In this document: positions 61,522 through 64,000 of the stretch, piece by piece
How positions within the stretch are numbered: position 1 is the first letter of the stretch
Layout: each line of letters begins with the position of its first letter
Assembly: GCA_012730105.1 (NCBI GenBank)
Contig: JAAYBJ010000284.1
Location: 7,872 to 71,871, forward strand
Reading direction: 5' to 3'
Origin: Candidatus Hydrogenedentota bacterium
GTDB lineage: Bacteria > Hydrogenedentota > Hydrogenedentia > Hydrogenedentales > CAITNO01
DNA length: 64,000 bases
Made by a program: the position numbers and the translations under genes
The notes under the pieces: model-generated
Database searches by the model: none
The model's input: the letters and a program-made list of their open reading frames with translations, nothing else
What the model was told of the DNA's origin: nothing

Positions 61522-62232
61522 TCAGTCCTTTCTTTCGTCAGGGCTTAGTTCCGTGATGGGCGTCAGTAGCACCTTTCGGAACTCCACTTCACTGCCTTCC
61601 GCTTGAATCGCGATCTGGCCTTTGCTTGCGGTGCAGTCGTATCCGTAATTGACCAGGTCCTTGTTGACCCACACCTTGATCTTGTCGCCCAGGGCTTCGA
61701 TTACCATGCGATTCCATTCGCCCAGGGGCTTTTCCGAGCGATCGGTAAGATTTTCAACGCGGCGTTCCTTGCCCTCCGTGATGCCCCAATTCTCTTTGGG
61801 GCCCCGCCGTTTTTCCATGTCATCTACGGTGATATCCTCCACAATACACCAGAAGTCGCCCGCGTTCTTATGTTGCATTTGCACTTCCAGGGACTTGGGG
61901 AACATATCATAGAGGGCGCGGGGTGTGGAAGCATGGACCAGGACGCCACAGTTTCCAGGTTTCCCTGCAAACCGGTATTCAACCTCCAGCCGATAATTTT
62001 CGTATACGGTGTCGGTGATAAGGTGGCCCTTGGGATCGCCCATACTCACCAGATTCCCATCACGGACCACAAAGGAGGGGGTGATGTCTGGATTGTTGTC
62101 CGCATCGGGCACATCGGCATGCCACCCCGTCAGGTCTTTCCCGTTAAAGAGGCGGATCGGCTCTTGGTCCGCAAATGCCGTTACGGTTAAAGCGATGGAT
62201 AGAAGCGTAACAAAAAGACACATGTGCTTCAT
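61522..62232 (-). CDS. DUF1080 / 3-keto-disaccharide hydrolase family secreted protein
   Basis: LFNGKDLTGW, NYRLEVEYR, NCGVLVH, GEWN and GQIAIQAEGSEVEFRK motifs. Confidence 0.9.
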   Translation of the reverse strand: MKHMCLFVTLLSIALTVTAFADQEPIRLFNGKDLTGWHADVPDADNNPDITPSFVVRDGNLVSMGDPKGHLITDTVYENYRLEVEYRFAGKPGNCGVLVHASTPRALYDMFPKSLEVQMQHKNAGDFWCIVEDITVDDMEKRRGPKENWGITEGKERRVENLTDRSEKPLGEWNRMVIEALGDKIKVWVNKDLVNYGYDCTASKGQIAIQAEGSEVEFRKVLLTPITELSPDERKD

Positions 62233-62711
62233 GGTTCAACCCTTTATTGTTGTGTGACTACGGCTCAGTATAGGGCAATAACGCGTGAATGTGCAATCTG
62301 CCTAATTGCCCCCTGATAAATGTATCCGCAGGCGATTCGTTGCCTCATGTCAGGAAACTGGGTGCCTGTCGTAATCTTACTTTTGACGAAGACCGCTTTA
62401 TCCAATTTCGGCAAGAAATAGCGCGTGAAAAAACGACATTACCCCCACTATTATGACAGCCTAAGCAAAGATATGTTGGCTTGAACCGGCTTATCGACAT
62501 GCAAAGTGTGTTGACAAAAGAGTCCAAGAAATGAGACAAGCAAGGAAGGGTTCTTCGAAGAAGTGAAAGGTGAAGGTGGCGTTGGAGCAATTCCGCCCAG
62601 TTTTCTGGTTTCTGATATACTGCAGTTGAACCAGCAACAACAGCAGCCAGGTTTACGTCAGGTTTCACCTATGTTTGATCTAACGCGGACTATGCACGCA
62701 ACCCATTCACA

Positions 62712-62794
62712 CGTCATTGCGAGCGGAGCGAAGCAATCTCATCCGCAAGTAGACTTTTTTATGCTGGGATTGCTTGGCTCCGCTCGCAATGACG
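62712..62794. repeat. Palindromic repeat element (GTCATTGCGAG...GCAATC / GATTGC...CTCGCAATGAC type)
   Basis: CGTCATTGCGAGCGGAGCGAAGCAATCTC ... GGGATTGCTTGGCTCCGCTCGCAATGACG, about 29-bp arms with 2 mismatches. Confidence 0.8.
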
Positions 62795-63002
62795 GAATTT
62801 TTGGTCTTTACAATGTTCCACTTCTTGTTTTTTATAGAGGCTGTGAGCCGATAAACTATTAATATGGGGCGGGTTGAACCTTGGCGGAATATTTTGACCC
62901 TACGCGAACACCCCAAGAGTTGGCATACGGTTCGACGGATGGTTGTCCTCGACAAGGTCTTTCCGCCGGGGTTTGCAGGATGTCAGGGAGGATGAAATAT
63001 CA

Positions 63003-64000
63003 ATGAAGACCCAGCGCGCCGATCAGGATTTATATTCCCCGCAAGCAAAAAGTGTCAAGGAGGTCACGATCATTGCCTTGGTACTGGGTGGATTTCTCAG
63101 TGTCCTCATGGCCGCGGCGAATACGTATTTGGGCTTGAAGGCAGGGATGACAGTAAGCGCCTCAATTCCCGCCGCGGTGATCAGCACAGCCATCCTGCGC
63201 GGTATCTTCCGGCGCGGAACGATTCTTGAGAACAATATCGTGCAGACGATGGCGTCGGCGGGAGAGAGCCTGGCGGCGGGCGCAATCTTCACGATCCCCG
63301 CGCTCTTGTTGGTTGGCGCCTGGCAGGAGTTCAAGTTTTGGCCCACCACACTGATCGTTTTGTTGGGCGGGTTGCTTGGCGTCGTGTTCATGGTGCCCTT
63401 GCGCCGTGCCCTGATTGTCGAACGCCCGGAACTGATCTATCCTGAGGGCGTGGCGTGTTCCGAGGTATTAAGAGCCGGCCAGAAAGGGGGGAAAGATATC
63501 CGCCTGATACTTGCCGGACTTGGCCTTGGCGCCCTGTTCAAATTTTTCGTGACGGGACTGCACCTGGTCAAGTCGGTGGTCGAGGGAGCTGTCGGCGTGG
63601 GCCGCTCTGTATTGTATTTTGGTTCGGACATGAGTCTGGCCCTGGTAGCCGTGGGCTACATTGTCCGGCTCCCCATTGCGTCTCTCATATTCCTGGGCGG
63701 TGTCATCGGGTGGGTCATTTCGATTCCGATGCTCGGAGGCCGGGAATCCGATGCGGCCCCGCTCGAAGCCGCCTGGAACCTCTGGTCCACGCAAGTGCGT
63801 TTCATGGGAGTGGGCGCGATGCTCGTCGGCGGCCTGCATTCCATATGGCGCGTCCGCGGCGGCATCTTGTCCGGAGTGACTGCGCTTCACCGTATCGGCG
63901 GCAGCGCCGGTTCGGACGGGACCGAGGAACGGCCCCGCACGGAACGGGACATGCCGCTGACCGCGTTACTGCTGGTGTTTCTGCCCAGCGTTTTCGGCAC
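63003..64000 (+). CDS. OPT-family oligopeptide transporter (runs off the window end)
   Basis: Not in the ORF track. Read by hand as MKTQRADQ...AANTYLGLKAGMTVSASIPAAVIS...ENNIVQTMASAGESLAAGAIFTIPAL...YPEGVAC; RBS GGAGG. Confidence 0.92.
   Translation, partial: MKTQRADQDLYSPQAKSVKEVTIIALVLGGFLSVLMAAANTYLGLKAGMTVSASIPAAVISTAILRGIFRRGTILENNIVQTMASAGESLAAGAIFTIPALLLVGAWQEFKFWPTTLIVLLGGLLGVVFMVPLRRALIVERPELIYPEGVACSEVLRAGQKGGKDIRLILAGLGLGALFKFFVTGLHLVKSVVEGAVGVGRSVLYFGSDMSLALVAVGYIVRLPIASLIFLGGVIGWVISIPMLGGRESDAAPLEAAWNLWSTQVRFMGVGAMLVGGLHSIWRVRGGILSGVTALHRIGGSAGSDGTEERPRTERDMPLTALLLVFLPSVFG

Noticed and set aside
62345..62955. Short ORFs of 82-107 aa in the 62.3-63.0 kb gap
   Set aside because: No RBS or motifs; they are partly translations of the palindromic repeat and a probable IS scar.

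Overview
A ~55% GC bacterial chromosomal segment. Gene style (many secreted CAZyme-like proteins, DUF1080 pairs, an Ig-domain protein with a C-terminal anchor) suggests a Gram-negative lineage such as Ca. Hydrogenedentota; this assignment is inference only. Most of the window is housekeeping and metabolism: dnaA, gyrBA, yicC-gmk-rpoZ-coaBC, dapB, surE, pilT, metF, menF-menD, fadN-fadA, an RND efflux triad, GH95/GH13 and uncharacterised glycan-active proteins, two sugar-catabolism gene pairs, a sugar ABC system without its ATPase, a CsoR-type repressor with a CoADR-rhodanese-TusA-DsrE fusion, three tRNAs (Asp, Arg, Glu) and a cobalamin riboswitch. The most striking item lies just downstream of tRNA-Glu. 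It is a bacterial lipoprotein (59300-60253, minus strand) with the Cys-rich N-domain and lipocalin motifs of plant/algal violaxanthin de-epoxidase (VDE). It sits between an IS3 right end, which carries a near-consensus outward promoter, and an IS3 left end, so it looks like cargo of a decayed composite transposon. The second highlight is an orphan, membrane-anchored beta-propeller+Ig protein under the B12 riboswitch, a candidate new cobamide-capture protein. All calls come from reading motifs by eye; no database searches were run.
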